Shown piece by piece: positions 1 through 9,530 of a stretch of 64,000 nt of DNA. Source of the DNA: Patescibacteria group bacterium (GTDB lineage: Bacteria; Patescibacteriota; Microgenomatia; JAMCYU01); NCBI GenBank assembly GCA_023473585.1, contig JAMCYU010000001.1, positions 2,507 through 66,506 on the forward strand, written 5' to 3'. Both the position numbers and the translations under genes were made by a program. Each line of letters starts with the position of its first letter. The first letter of the stretch is position 1. The notes below the pieces were generated by a model that worked only from the letters and a program-made list of their open reading frames with translations, was not told the DNA's origin and did no database searches.

Positions 1-754
1 GCTTTTGTAAATGGGGCGGCAAAGAAGAAACAAAAGATAAGAGTTTTTCATAATCCTCGTAAGTCTTTGTTTCTCCGCACTGGTGAATAATCTGATATTT
101 TTCCAGAAGTTTGGGTAAAATGGCGATCATGGCCTCGTTAAGAACATGAGCCCCTAAATTGCCGCCCGTGATATAAACAAGCGGCAGTTTTTCGTTAAAC
201 AGATTCTGAAAATTATCCGCTGTTGGCGTAAAAATTTCCTTTCTTAGCGGATTTCCGGTATAAACAACCTTTCCCGCCGGCAAACCGGTCGTTGTTTTTT
301 CCCAAGAAAGGCAAATTTTGTCAGCGACCTTAGCAATCAAATCATTGGCTAACCCGGAGACCGCGCTTTGTTCATGAGTCACAATGGGAATTCGTAAAAA
401 CCAGCCGGCGAAAGCAACCGGTAAAGCTAAATAGCCGCCGAAAGAAAGGATAAGATTGGGCTTGTATTTTCTTAAATAATAAAAACTTTGGATTAAGCCT
501 AGGGGAATTTTTAAAAGAGAGGAAAGAGTGTAACGCGAAAAATTTCTTTGTAATCTGCCGGTTGTCAGGGAAACAAAATCAATTCCCAATTCTTTAATGA
601 CCCGATACTCTGTTGATAAAGTTTTGTCCCCCTCAAGGGCATATTTTCGTCCCAAAAAAATTATCTGCCAGCCGTTTTCCCGCAACTTCGGCAAAACAGA
701 GAGGGCCGGCGTCAGGTGACCTCCGGTTATGATGATTTTTTTTGTGCTAGACAT
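1..754 (-). CDS. murG: UDP-GlcNAc:lipid I N-acetylglucosaminyltransferase MurG (C-terminus cut by window edge)
   Basis: Reverse-strand translation from ATG at 754-752: MSSTKKIIITGGHLTPALSVLPKL...HEQSAVSGLANDLIAKVADKICLSW...YITGGNLGAHVLNEA. This is typical of MurG (GT28 N-terminal G-rich loop). The ORF runs to position 1 without a stop and overlaps the ftsW stop by a few nt. Confidence 0.8.
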   Translation of the reverse strand, partial: MSSTKKIIITGGHLTPALSVLPKLRENGWQIIFLGRKYALEGDKTLSTEYRVIKELGIDFVSLTTGRLQRNFSRYTLSSLLKIPLGLIQSFYYLRKYKPNLILSFGGYLALPVAFAGWFLRIPIVTHEQSAVSGLANDLIAKVADKICLSWEKTTTGLPAGKVVYTGNPLRKEIFTPTADNFQNLFNEKLPLVYITGGNLGAHVLNEAMIAILPKLLEKYQIIHQCGETKTYEDYEKLLSFVSSLPPHLQK

Positions 755-1836
755 TGTTTGCTTATGTTTAAAAGGATTCCCACACCTGTCAGCGTCACGA
801 CTAAATTTGAACCGCCATAAGAAACAAAAGGCAGCGGCACTCCGGTTAAAGGCAAAAGCGCGACCATTGATCCTAGGTTAATAATCGCCTGGGTACTTAT
901 CCAAAAAGAAATACCGTAAGCCAAAAGCTGGCCGAAACGATCGGGAGCCAAAAGAGCAATTTTAATCCCCCGCCAAAGAATAAAAACAAAAAGAGCAATG
1001 ACTAAAATAGCTCCGATAAAACCTATCTCTTCGCCAATAATCGCAAAAATGGAATCGGTCATCGCTTCCGGCAGATACTCAAATTTTTGGCGTGATTTGC
1101 CTAAACCCAGACCCCAGAAACCGCCCGAACCAAAAGCCAAAAGAACCTGGCGGATATGATAGGAAGCTCCTAAAGGATCGTTGGCGGGATTAAAAAAAGT
1201 GACCAGGCGCCGAAGCCTGTAAGGCGAAACCACCGCCAAAGCCAAAATGCCGCCGAAGATTCCCGGAGCTAAAAGCCCAAAATGCCACCACGGAGCGCCA
1301 GACAGAAAATAAAGAATTACTGCCAGAACACAAATAACAATGGCGGTACCTAAATCAGGCTCAGCAATGACTAAACCAACGATCAAAGAACAAAGAGTCA
1401 CAAAGGCGAAGAGTCTCTCCCGCTCTTTAGAGGAAAACCACGCTGATAAATAAATCACCAGAGCCAGTTTGGCCGCTTCCGCCGGCTGGAGAGTAAAAGC
1501 TCTAAAATCAAGCCAGCGATGAGCCCCCAAGGCTTTAAGGCCCAAACCGGGAAGGAAAACAGCCAATAAAAGAATAATCGTTATAAAAATAAGCGGCAAA
1601 GCTAAGGAATAAAGCCGGTGATAATCAAAAAAGGAGAAAAAAAACATTAAAGTCAGTCCCAAAAAAAGCCATTGGCTTTGATCTTTAAGATAATGGTATT
1701 TATCGCCGAAATCCCGAAAAGCCGAAACCGAAGAAGCTTCAAAAATAAAAACTAATCCCAAAAGGCAGGTTGTAAAAACCGCCAAAAAAAGCGGCAAGTC
1801 TATTCTTTTTTTTTGACTGTGCAAAGCCAAAGACAT
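727..1836 (-). CDS. ftsW: Peptidoglycan glycosyltransferase / lipid II flippase-family protein FtsW (SEDS family)
   Basis: ORF 727-1938. SEDS hallmarks are present (…PDLGTAIVI…, …ALLPLTGVPLPFVSYGGSNLV…). The longest ORF overlaps murD by 95 nt. The internal Met (MSLALHSQKKRIDLPLFLAV, ATG at 1836) sits just after the murD stop and is the preferred start. Confidence 0.85.
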   Translation of the reverse strand: MSLALHSQKKRIDLPLFLAVFTTCLLGLVFIFEASSVSAFRDFGDKYHYLKDQSQWLFLGLTLMFFFSFFDYHRLYSLALPLIFITIILLLAVFLPGLGLKALGAHRWLDFRAFTLQPAEAAKLALVIYLSAWFSSKERERLFAFVTLCSLIVGLVIAEPDLGTAIVICVLAVILYFLSGAPWWHFGLLAPGIFGGILALAVVSPYRLRRLVTFFNPANDPLGASYHIRQVLLAFGSGGFWGLGLGKSRQKFEYLPEAMTDSIFAIIGEEIGFIGAILVIALFVFILWRGIKIALLAPDRFGQLLAYGISFWISTQAIINLGSMVALLPLTGVPLPFVSYGGSNLVVTLTGVGILLNISKQCLAQKKSS

Positions 1837-1843
1837 TCTTCTT

Positions 1844-3172
1844 TTAGATTGAAAAAACAACATGATTAAATTGTTCTCCTCGGTCAAATTCGTTTTTAAA
1901 CATCCCAAAAGAAGCGCACCCCGGAGATAAGATAACATAATCGCCAGGTTCGGCTGTCATTTTGGCTTGGATGACGGCTTTTTGCAGATCATCAAATTTT
2001 CCCAAAATTTTTATTTTCGATTTTTGACGCTTAACTTCTGATAATAATTCATCGGTAGCCGTCCCTTCAAGAAAAATGACGGCCTTAGCTCTTCTACTGA
2101 TTTCCCCAGCTAATTCCTTAAGATCAAGATTTTTACTTGAACCGCCAGCTAAGAGAATAATCTTTTTATCCTGGTAAGCTTTAAGAGCTTTAATGGTCGC
2201 GATTGGAGTCGTGCTGGTGGTATCGTTGACAAAAGTCACTCCTCCAAGCGAACGAATTTCTTCCAATCTAAAGGGAACGCCCGGAAAACCCATCAGGGCT
2301 TTCTCTGTTATCCTCTGGTCAATTTCTAAGACTTTCGCCACCTGATAGGCCGCCGCCACGTTTTCTAAATTGTGCTCGCCTTTTAATTTTAATTGAGAAA
2401 CAAGTGATTTTGGCAGGTCGCTTTTTTTAAAAAACACTCTTTTTGACTTGGCTTCCCGAGCCAGATCAAGACATGTTTTGTTTTCAAAATTTAAAACCAG
2501 GAAATCATTTTCCTCTTGATATTTAAAAATGATTTTTTTGTCCTGAAGATATGCTTCCATGTTTTGGTAACGATTTAAGTGGTCGGGGTAAATATTAGTG
2601 AGAACGGCCAAGTGGGGGCTGATTTTATCTTCGTCTAAACCCTGAAGCTGCCATGAAGAAAGCTCCAAAACGACTTTGGTTTGAGGAGTCATTTTGTCTA
2701 GCAAGGAAAGAGTGGCGACGCCGCGAAGATTGCCTCCAAGCAGTGTTTTGTAACCCGAGGCTTCTAAAATTTTACCGATTAAATGAGTCGTCGTCGTTTT
2801 ACCTCGTGTTCCGGTCACGCCGATGATGTTTTTCCGATGGGGACAGAGTTTAAAAAACAAGCTTTCGTCCATTTCGACGGGAACGTGGTGTTTTCTAGCG
2901 ACGGCTAAGGAAGGAGAATCTTTAGAAACATCAGGATTACGAATGACAAGATCAGAATTGATAAAATCTTCTTCCCTGTGTTTGCCTAAGATATAAGTTA
3001 TCGGTAAATCACGCAAAAGGTCAAGAGAGGTTTTTAATTCTTTGGCGGTTTTAAGATCCGTGACCTTAACTTTAGCCCCTTTTTCGGCAAAAAACCGCGC
3101 CACACCAACCCCGCCACCTTGAATTCCCAACCCCATCACTAAAATCCGTTGTCCAGAAAAATTCATAAACAT
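1844..3172 (-). CDS. murD: UDP-N-acetylmuramoylalanine--D-glutamate ligase MurD
   Basis: N-terminal Rossmann GLGIQGGGVGVARF and Mur-ligase P-loop GVTGTRGKTTTTHLIG. Its position between mraY and ftsW is the canonical dcw order. Confidence 0.85.
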   Translation of the reverse strand: MFMNFSGQRILVMGLGIQGGGVGVARFFAEKGAKVKVTDLKTAKELKTSLDLLRDLPITYILGKHREEDFINSDLVIRNPDVSKDSPSLAVARKHHVPVEMDESLFFKLCPHRKNIIGVTGTRGKTTTTHLIGKILEASGYKTLLGGNLRGVATLSLLDKMTPQTKVVLELSSWQLQGLDEDKISPHLAVLTNIYPDHLNRYQNMEAYLQDKKIIFKYQEENDFLVLNFENKTCLDLAREAKSKRVFFKKSDLPKSLVSQLKLKGEHNLENVAAAYQVAKVLEIDQRITEKALMGFPGVPFRLEEIRSLGGVTFVNDTTSTTPIATIKALKAYQDKKIILLAGGSSKNLDLKELAGEISRRAKAVIFLEGTATDELLSEVKRQKSKIKILGKFDDLQKAVIQAKMTAEPGDYVILSPGCASFGMFKNEFDRGEQFNHVVFSI

Positions 3173-3234
3173 CTTTATTTAGTTTGTTTTACTTATTATA
3201 CTATTTTAAGAAGCTTCGGAGCAAAAAGAGCTTG

Positions 3235-4269
3235 TCAGGTCATGGCGGCAAGAAAAAGGCCAAAAACAGCCAAAACGATACCGGCTAACCAAAATCTCAT
3301 GACCACCGTTGGCTCTTCCCAACCTTTTTCCTGAAACCAAAGATGAATAGGGGCCACGGAAAAAATTTTTTTGCCGAAGAATCTCTTGCTTAAAAGTTGC
3401 ACAAGCGACGAAGTTACCTCGGCCACAAAGATGCCTCCGATAATAACCAGGGCGATCGGTTTGCCTAAAATAAGACCGATGACGGCCAGAGTGGCACCGA
3501 AAGGCAGGGCGCCGGTATCACCTAAAAAAATTCTGGCCGGATGAATATTAAAATACAAAAAGGCAATCAAACTCCCGATCCAAAGAGCAATAAAGATCGC
3601 CAGGGGAACGTCCAGGATGCCGGCGGAAATGACCCAGAAAGACGTCAGGCAAATAAGCAAAAGCCCCGAAGCTAAACCGTCAAGTCCGTCGGTGATATTA
3701 AAGGCATTGGCAAAAGCGGTGATGACGAAAGCGGCAAAGGGAATGTAAATCCAGTCTAGGGTCAGAAGCCCAAAAAAAGTAATATTAACGATTTTAATCT
3801 GTAATTCACTGTAGAGCCAAAAGGCCACGATGCCCGACAAGAGAAGCTCCAGGATTAATTTATGGCGGATTCTTAGTCCGAAAAAATTCTCCGAAGCACC
3901 GGGAAACGTTTTTTTAATATCATCAAAAAGACCTAAAAGGCCAAAAGAAAGAAAAGTTAAAAGAAGAATTCTTACCTCCGCCAACAAAGGATAGACCGAA
4001 GTGATAGGAACCCAAAAATAGGGCAACATAAAAATCGCGCCAAGAAAAAGCAGCGGCGTTAAAATTAAGGTTAACAAGCCTCCGCCTACCGGTATACCGG
4101 CTTTCCGGGCGTGAAGCTTATCAAAAATAGGGGTGAGTTTCCCGAAAATATCGCGAGTTTCCTGCTGTTGTCTTTGAAAACGAATTTTGTATAAAAGATT
4201 AATAAAGGGAACAAAAAGAAAACTATTAATAAGAAACGAGAAAATCAGTAAACCTAAAAGGATAGCCAT
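3235..4269 (-). CDS. mraY: Phospho-N-acetylmuramoyl-pentapeptide transferase MraY
   Basis: Polytopic membrane protein with the MraY motif NAFNITDGLDGLASG and …LGDTGALPFGATLAV…. ORF 3235-4389 has a 40-aa N-terminal extension overlapping dgkA. The start at MAILLGLLIFSFL (ATG 4269) fits MraY N-termini. Confidence 0.85.
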   Translation of the reverse strand: MAILLGLLIFSFLINSFLFVPFINLLYKIRFQRQQQETRDIFGKLTPIFDKLHARKAGIPVGGGLLTLILTPLLFLGAIFMLPYFWVPITSVYPLLAEVRILLLTFLSFGLLGLFDDIKKTFPGASENFFGLRIRHKLILELLLSGIVAFWLYSELQIKIVNITFFGLLTLDWIYIPFAAFVITAFANAFNITDGLDGLASGLLLICLTSFWVISAGILDVPLAIFIALWIGSLIAFLYFNIHPARIFLGDTGALPFGATLAVIGLILGKPIALVIIGGIFVAEVTSSLVQLLSKRFFGKKIFSVAPIHLWFQEKGWEEPTVVMRFWLAGIVLAVFGLFLAAMT

Positions 4270-4637
4270 GGAAGCCTTTCTAAGATTTTGGGTCCTAAGA
4301 TAAGAAGGGCAATAATGGTTGCCCCGATCGCGGTTAAAAGCATCATGCCGGCGGCAACGTCTTTCGCGGTCTTTGCCGACTCCCGCCATTCGGTCGTCAC
4401 CAAATCGGTGACTGATTCAATGGCCGTATTCATCATTTCCGTAGCCAAACCTATAAACGTCACCAAAACCAAAATCGTCATCTCGATAAAAGAAATCCCA
4501 AGAAAAAATCCCGATAAAATCGCCGCCGTGGCCAGAAAAACGTGGATTTTAAAATTTGGCTGGGAGGTTAAAGCGTAAGATAAACCGGCAAAAGCATTTT
4601 TAAAAGAAATATGATGTCGCTTCAAAGTTTCTACCAT
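4254..4637 (-). CDS. dgkA: Diacylglycerol kinase-family small membrane kinase (DgkA / undecaprenol kinase-like)
   Basis: 127 aa with 3 TM segments. Conserved core …EMMNTAIESVTDLV…AKDVAAGMMLL… resembles the prokaryotic DAGK family (ELLNTAIE motif). Confidence 0.7.
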   Translation of the reverse strand: MVETLKRHHISFKNAFAGLSYALTSQPNFKIHVFLATAAILSGFFLGISFIEMTILVLVTFIGLATEMMNTAIESVTDLVTTEWRESAKTAKDVAAGMMLLTAIGATIIALLILGPKILERLPWLSF

Positions 4638-4644
4638 AGAAAAA

Positions 4645-5928
4645 TTATACTCGTTTTTGCAACTCGGAGCAAGAAAGACAAGAATTATAATAATGACAGG
4701 AAATAACCTTACAGAAAACGGCTTTTTTTTCTAAAAGAAAAATTATCCTTTCTAAATGTTTCAGCAACGAACCCTTAAGATACCATAAGTCTTCCGGCCG
4801 AAGAAGATTTTCCAAGATTTCTGCGACTTCCTGAACGTCTTTGGCCCAAAAAATATGCGACTTTTCCATGCCTGTTTTCTTAGCCGCTTGAGTCGTCAGT
4901 TTCTGCAGAGGTCCGACGCCGACGAAAAAATCAATTTTAAGTCCGGCGATAAATTTGCCCAAGTTTTGATGTTCTTCCAAAGCATATTGCCCCAACTCTC
5001 CCATTTCCCCCAAGACGGCAATTTTTCTCCCCCGGCAGGGGAGAATCATTAGTGTTTCTAAACCTGCCCTGACCGAGGCCGGATTAGCTCTTAAATGATC
5101 ATCCAGAATAATTGTTCCCAGCGGTCCTTTTTCTAAGCTTAATCTTCCTGAAAGAGGCTTAATCTCCCCTAGTCCCCTTTTTATTTGCTTCGTGGTTAAT
5201 CCGTAAATTAAGCCCGCGGCGGCGGTGGCGAGTCCCTCGTGAACGGCATGTTGACCCAAAAGGCCTATCTTAAGGTCTAAATCGGTCACGCCAAATTGTC
5301 TGGCGTGAAGCTTAAAAGAAGTTCCCGTCAACCCCGCCTCAATTTCATCAGCCCAAAAGTCACAAGCCTTATCGGTCCCGTACCATAAAACTTTAGCCCT
5401 GGTTCTTTCGGCCATTTTTCTTACCAAGACGTCGTCAAAATTAAGAATTGCCCAACCATTAGAAGGCAAAGCTTTAAGCAGTTTTGCCTTCTCTTCCATG
5501 ATCCCTTCAATCGAACCTAATAATTCCGGTTCGGAATGAACCGGCGAAATGCCGGTCAAAACGGCTATTTGGGGATTAAAAAGAGAAAGGTGTTTATCCA
5601 TTTCGCCGCGGTGATCAACGCCGCACTCTAAAACCAAAACCTCGTGCCCGGGTCTAAGTTTAAGAAGCGTCATCGGCAGGTTATAGACCGTATCCAAATT
5701 AAGATCGGTCTGCAGGGTTTTATACTTCTGACTTAAAACGTAAGTGATGGCTCTTACCGTGTTCGTTTTGCCGAAAGAACCGGTGACAGCGATAATCTTC
5801 AGATGAGGAAAAAGTTTTAACCAGTTTTTAGCCAACTGGCGACGAAGAGAGTGAAATGGCTGTTTCCACGAGGTGTTTTCCATTAACGTAATTTTACCAC
5901 ATTTAGCTTTTTTGAAGGGCAAGCTCAA
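4645..5928 (-). CDS. murF: UDP-N-acetylmuramoyl-tripeptide--D-alanyl-D-alanine ligase MurF
   Basis: Mur ligase P-loop IIAVTGSFGKTNT and C-terminal domain …LDDHLRANPASV…. The longest ORF overlaps the ddl stop by 26 nt. An alternative start (MENTSWKQ, ATG 5883) removes the overlap. Confidence 0.8.
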   Translation of the reverse strand: MSLPFKKAKCGKITLMENTSWKQPFHSLRRQLAKNWLKLFPHLKIIAVTGSFGKTNTVRAITYVLSQKYKTLQTDLNLDTVYNLPMTLLKLRPGHEVLVLECGVDHRGEMDKHLSLFNPQIAVLTGISPVHSEPELLGSIEGIMEEKAKLLKALPSNGWAILNFDDVLVRKMAERTRAKVLWYGTDKACDFWADEIEAGLTGTSFKLHARQFGVTDLDLKIGLLGQHAVHEGLATAAAGLIYGLTTKQIKRGLGEIKPLSGRLSLEKGPLGTIILDDHLRANPASVRAGLETLMILPCRGRKIAVLGEMGELGQYALEEHQNLGKFIAGLKIDFFVGVGPLQKLTTQAAKKTGMEKSHIFWAKDVQEVAEILENLLRPEDLWYLKGSLLKHLERIIFLLEKKAVFCKVISCHYYNSCLSCSELQKRV

Positions 5929-6937
5929 TAAGTTTTTCCAGAAGTTTGGGGTATGACATTCGCACCCCCTTGGCTTCCTTGGGCACGATGGAAGCTGAGG
6001 TTAAACCGGGAAGGGTATTAATTTCCAAAGCGTAAGGTTTTTGGCCGACGAGGATAAATTCCACCCGCGCCACGCCCCTGGCCCCAATGGTTTTAAAGAT
6101 CCTGACGGACAGACCCTGAAGCGTTTTTGTCATCTTTGACGAAAGCCTGGCCGGCACAATTTCTTCTGCTTTGCCCTTAATATATTTAGCCTCATAATCA
6201 AAAAACTCGTTTTTAGGCAAAATCTCCGCTAAAGGCAAAGCCTGAGGATTGGCGTTGCCCAAAACGGCACAGCTTATTTCCCTCCCCTTAAGATACTCTT
6301 CAACTAAGACCGGCTCGGAATAAGCAAAGGCCAAATCTAAAGCTTTCTTCAGTTCTTCCTTGCCATGAACGACTGAGGCTCCGACACTTGAACCCTGATT
6401 ACAAGGTTTAACAAAAACCGGCGGCTTTTTAAAAAAACGCCAAATTAATTCCGGCGGATCATTTTTTCTGAAAACCAGGTATCGAGGAAAAGGAATTTTT
6501 TCAGAAGCCAGAACTTTTCTAAACATAATTTTGTCCATACCCAAAGCGCTAGCCAAAACGCCTGAGCCGGTATAGGGTATATTTAAAAGCTCAAGTAGTC
6601 CCTGAATAGTGCCATCTTCCCCGTAAGGACCATGCATGGCCAAAAAAGCGACATCAATTTTTTGTTCGTTAAGAATTGTCTGATTTTGAAGAGGAATTGT
6701 TTCCAAAGAAGATTGTTCTTTCTTTTGGTCAGGAAGGCGATGAACAATCGTGTCCAGTTCCAAAAACTTATTTAAAGGTAAAGGTTGCCATCTTTGACCG
6801 TCGCGGGAAATAACGACGGGCAAAACTTCAAACTTTTCCTTATTAAGATAAGCCACGACTTCTCTGCCTGTGGCCAAAGAAACGTCATACTCCGGCGTCC
6901 GGCCGCCCATCAAAACCGCAACTTTAATCTTTTTCAT
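5903..6937 (-). CDS. ddl: D-alanine--D-alanine ligase
   Basis: MKKIKVAVLMGGRTPEYDVSLATG… N-terminus, ATP-grasp signatures (…LAMHGPYGEDGTIQGLLE…, …EINTLPGLT…). 344 aa. Confidence 0.85.
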   Translation of the reverse strand: MKKIKVAVLMGGRTPEYDVSLATGREVVAYLNKEKFEVLPVVISRDGQRWQPLPLNKFLELDTIVHRLPDQKKEQSSLETIPLQNQTILNEQKIDVAFLAMHGPYGEDGTIQGLLELLNIPYTGSGVLASALGMDKIMFRKVLASEKIPFPRYLVFRKNDPPELIWRFFKKPPVFVKPCNQGSSVGASVVHGKEELKKALDLAFAYSEPVLVEEYLKGREISCAVLGNANPQALPLAEILPKNEFFDYEAKYIKGKAEEIVPARLSSKMTKTLQGLSVRIFKTIGARGVARVEFILVGQKPYALEINTLPGLTSASIVPKEAKGVRMSYPKLLEKLIELALQKS

Positions 6938-6954
6938 GAGTTAACTAGAAAAAA

Positions 6955-8202
6955 TTATTTAACTTGTTTATTTTTAAATTCGGTAAAATATTTTGTCCCC
7001 GGCAAAACGTCATCAAAAACAAAAGTCCCGGGTCCGACGACGGCGTTTTTCCCGATGATCGTCCCAGGCATGGTTCCGACCCCGATACCGGTATAGACAT
7101 TCTCGCCCAAAATAACGCCAAAATCGTCAAGTCCCGTCTCAACCTTTTTCCCTTTTATTTTAACTTTAATCACTTGTCTGTCAAAACGCCGGTTGGCCGT
7201 CGTAAAATTGTGAGCCAAACGACAACCCTCACCGATAATGGACGAGGCCACGAAACCGCTGCCAAGCGTGGCTCCGGGCAAGAAAACACTATTTTTAATT
7301 TCCGAAAAAGCTCCGACCCTGGCGTTTTCTTCCAGGACCGCTCCGTCCCTAATTAAGGAATTGTTGCCCACCAAAACGTTCTTGCCTAAATAAACAGGGC
7401 CTTTAATGACGGCATTTTCGTGAATCGTCACGCCGTCCTCAATCTTCATTTTTCCCACCAAAATAACCCCTTTGCCGATTTTGGCCCCCCGACTGATTTG
7501 ATGGGGCATTTTTTCTAATAAATAATCCTTAACGGCCAAAAGATCCCAAGGATATTTTAAGGAAACCGGTTTCGCTTGCGTTTTGACAACTTTAACTTTT
7601 TTAAGTTTCATATATTGATCAAGAGCTGTCTCAAACTGATACTGATCTCTCGGAGTTTTTGCCAAAACAGGCAAGAAATCTTTCGTTAAAAGATAGATCC
7701 CGACAACGCAGGTTCGACTAGATTCCTGGCTTTTCGGCGGTTTTTCTATAAGTCTTAAGGCCTGATCGTCTTGAAGATCCAAAACCCCAAACTCCCAAAA
7801 ATTTTCTTTTTCTTCGGCTAATAAGACGGCATCGGCTTCTCTTTTTTTCTCGATCATCAACTGGCTGAAATTATCAATATCCAAATGATGTGCGTTAAGC
7901 AAGAAAAATTCTTCCTGAAGATGATCCCTGGCTTTTAATAGAGCATCCCCCATACCCAGGGGCTTGTCTTGAGTCACGTAAGTTATGGCCACACCGAACT
8001 TTTTTCCGTCACCAAAATAATTTTTAATCTGGGGATCGCCGGTTTCAACCAGAATGATTTTTTTGATCGCCAATTTTGCCAAGGCTTCAATGGTCCAAGC
8101 CAAAATGGGTTTCCCCATTAAAGGAATCAGACATTTAGGCCTTCCTTCGGAAAGCGGATAAAAACGGGTTGAGGCTCCGGCCGCTAAAATCACGGCTTGC
8201 AT
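6955..8202 (-). CDS. Sugar-1-phosphate nucleotidyltransferase with C-terminal left-handed beta-helix (GlmU-like bifunctional enzyme)
   Basis: N-terminal nucleotidyltransferase motif AVILAAGASTRFYPLSEGRPKCL. C-terminal imperfect hexapeptide repeats (…GKNVLVGNNSLIRDGAVLEENARVGAFSEIKNS…). Embedded between murA and ddl in the PG cluster. The GlmU assignment is inferred from context. Confidence 0.55.
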   Translation of the reverse strand: MQAVILAAGASTRFYPLSEGRPKCLIPLMGKPILAWTIEALAKLAIKKIILVETGDPQIKNYFGDGKKFGVAITYVTQDKPLGMGDALLKARDHLQEEFFLLNAHHLDIDNFSQLMIEKKREADAVLLAEEKENFWEFGVLDLQDDQALRLIEKPPKSQESSRTCVVGIYLLTKDFLPVLAKTPRDQYQFETALDQYMKLKKVKVVKTQAKPVSLKYPWDLLAVKDYLLEKMPHQISRGAKIGKGVILVGKMKIEDGVTIHENAVIKGPVYLGKNVLVGNNSLIRDGAVLEENARVGAFSEIKNSVFLPGATLGSGFVASSIIGEGCRLAHNFTTANRRFDRQVIKVKIKGKKVETGLDDFGVILGENVYTGIGVGTMPGTIIGKNAVVGPGTFVFDDVLPGTKYFTEFKNKQVK

Positions 8203-8204
8203 AA

Positions 8205-9530
8205 TTATTCCCTCCTTTGAATTTTAGCTCCAATTTTTGTCAGACGAGATTCAAAATTTTCGTATCCCCGGTCAATGTGCTCGACCCCTAATAAAATACT
8301 TTCACCCCGAGCGACTAAAGCTCCCAAAACAAGCGTGGCTCCGGCCCTTAAATCAGGAATTGACAAAACGGCATTATGAAGCGTCGTTGGTCCCGTTACT
8401 TTAATCGCGTGGAAATTTCCCGGCCTGTCGTCTTCCGGATTAAAGTTGTAAAAAGTTTCCCGATTCGGAACCGGAGGATTAAAAAAAGAAATTTTGGCTC
8501 CCATTTTAATCAGCTGCTCAACATATTGGAAGCGGCTTTCATAAACCGTTTCGTGAATAATGGCTTCTCCTTCTGCTTGGGTCATTAAAACCGCCCAGGG
8601 CGCCTGCCAGTCGGTCATAAACCCCGGATGAGGAGAAGAAACGACATGAGCGCTTTTTAAGGATTTTTGGTAGTAAAATTTTATTCCCTGTTCTTGTGGT
8701 TCCCAACCGGCTCCAATTTCGGTCAGTTTCTCAAGAAAGATTTTTAAGTTTTGGGGCGATGTTCCCTTAACCAAGACATGACCGCGGGTCACCAAGGCGG
8801 CAATCGCAAAGGTGACGGCTTCGTTGCGATCTGACATGATTTTATAATTTGTTCCCTTGAGTTTCTTAACCCCTTCGATCACAATTTTTCTTGGTTCTGT
8901 CCGCCTGATCTTGGCTCCCATCTTGTTTAAGAGGTTAATCAAGTCATCAACTTCAGGTTCGGCGGCCGCATTTTCCAAAATCGTGGTCCCGGCAGCCAAG
9001 ACAGCGGCGAGAATCACCATTTCCGTTCCGGTATGGGTATTTTTGGCAAACTTAAACGTCTTGCCTTGAAATTTACTGACAACAGCGTGAAAATAACCAT
9101 CAGTACTCTCATAGGTAATTTTGGCTCCTAATTGACATAAGGCTTCAATTGACCGCTCGATCGGTCTGGCCCCGATCCGGCAACCTCCCGGATTGGGGAT
9201 TTCCGCTTCGCCAAAACGGGTTAAAAGAGGAACAAGCATCAGAAAAGAGGTCCGCAGTTTGGCGGCAATGTCTAAGGGAATCGGCCGGTTCTTAATTCTG
9301 GCCGCCGAAAGAGTGAGGGTATGATCGTTTTTAAGATTAACTTCAACGCCTAAACCCTTGGCCATCTCCAACATCAACGAGAGATCCGCAATGAGGGGGA
9401 CATTTTCCAGTCTAACTTCCTCATCGGTTAAAAGCGCCGCCGCGATCGCCGGCAAAACCACGTTTTTGGCGCCAGAAATCTCCACCTCGCCCTGAAGAGC
9501 AAAACCACCGTTAATGGTGTATTCAGCCAT
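8205..9530 (-). CDS. murA: UDP-N-acetylglucosamine 1-carboxyvinyltransferase MurA
   Basis: …INGGFALQGEVEISGAKNVVLPAIAAALLTDEEVRLENVPLIADL… is the classical MurA/EPSP-synthase-fold N-terminus. 441 aa. Confidence 0.85.
   Translation of the reverse strand: MAEYTINGGFALQGEVEISGAKNVVLPAIAAALLTDEEVRLENVPLIADLSLMLEMAKGLGVEVNLKNDHTLTLSAARIKNRPIPLDIAAKLRTSFLMLVPLLTRFGEAEIPNPGGCRIGARPIERSIEALCQLGAKITYESTDGYFHAVVSKFQGKTFKFAKNTHTGTEMVILAAVLAAGTTILENAAAEPEVDDLINLLNKMGAKIRRTEPRKIVIEGVKKLKGTNYKIMSDRNEAVTFAIAALVTRGHVLVKGTSPQNLKIFLEKLTEIGAGWEPQEQGIKFYYQKSLKSAHVVSSPHPGFMTDWQAPWAVLMTQAEGEAIIHETVYESRFQYVEQLIKMGAKISFFNPPVPNRETFYNFNPEDDRPGNFHAIKVTGPTTLHNAVLSIPDLRAGATLVLGALVARGESILLGVEHIDRGYENFESRLTKIGAKIQRRE

Noticed and set aside
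3149-3334. 61-aa plus-strand ORF spanning the murD/mraY junction
   Set aside because: Lies antisense to, and overlapping, two strongly supported minus-strand genes. No motif and no RBS. Treated as a shadow ORF.
4288-4578. 96-aa plus-strand ORF antisense to dgkA/mraY
   Set aside because: Entirely within well-supported minus-strand coding sequence. Low-complexity translation. Shadow ORF.
6785-7356. Plus-strand ORFs (103 aa and 130 aa) antisense to ddl and the GlmU-like gene
   Set aside because: Antisense shadow ORFs within conserved enzyme genes. No recognisable domains.
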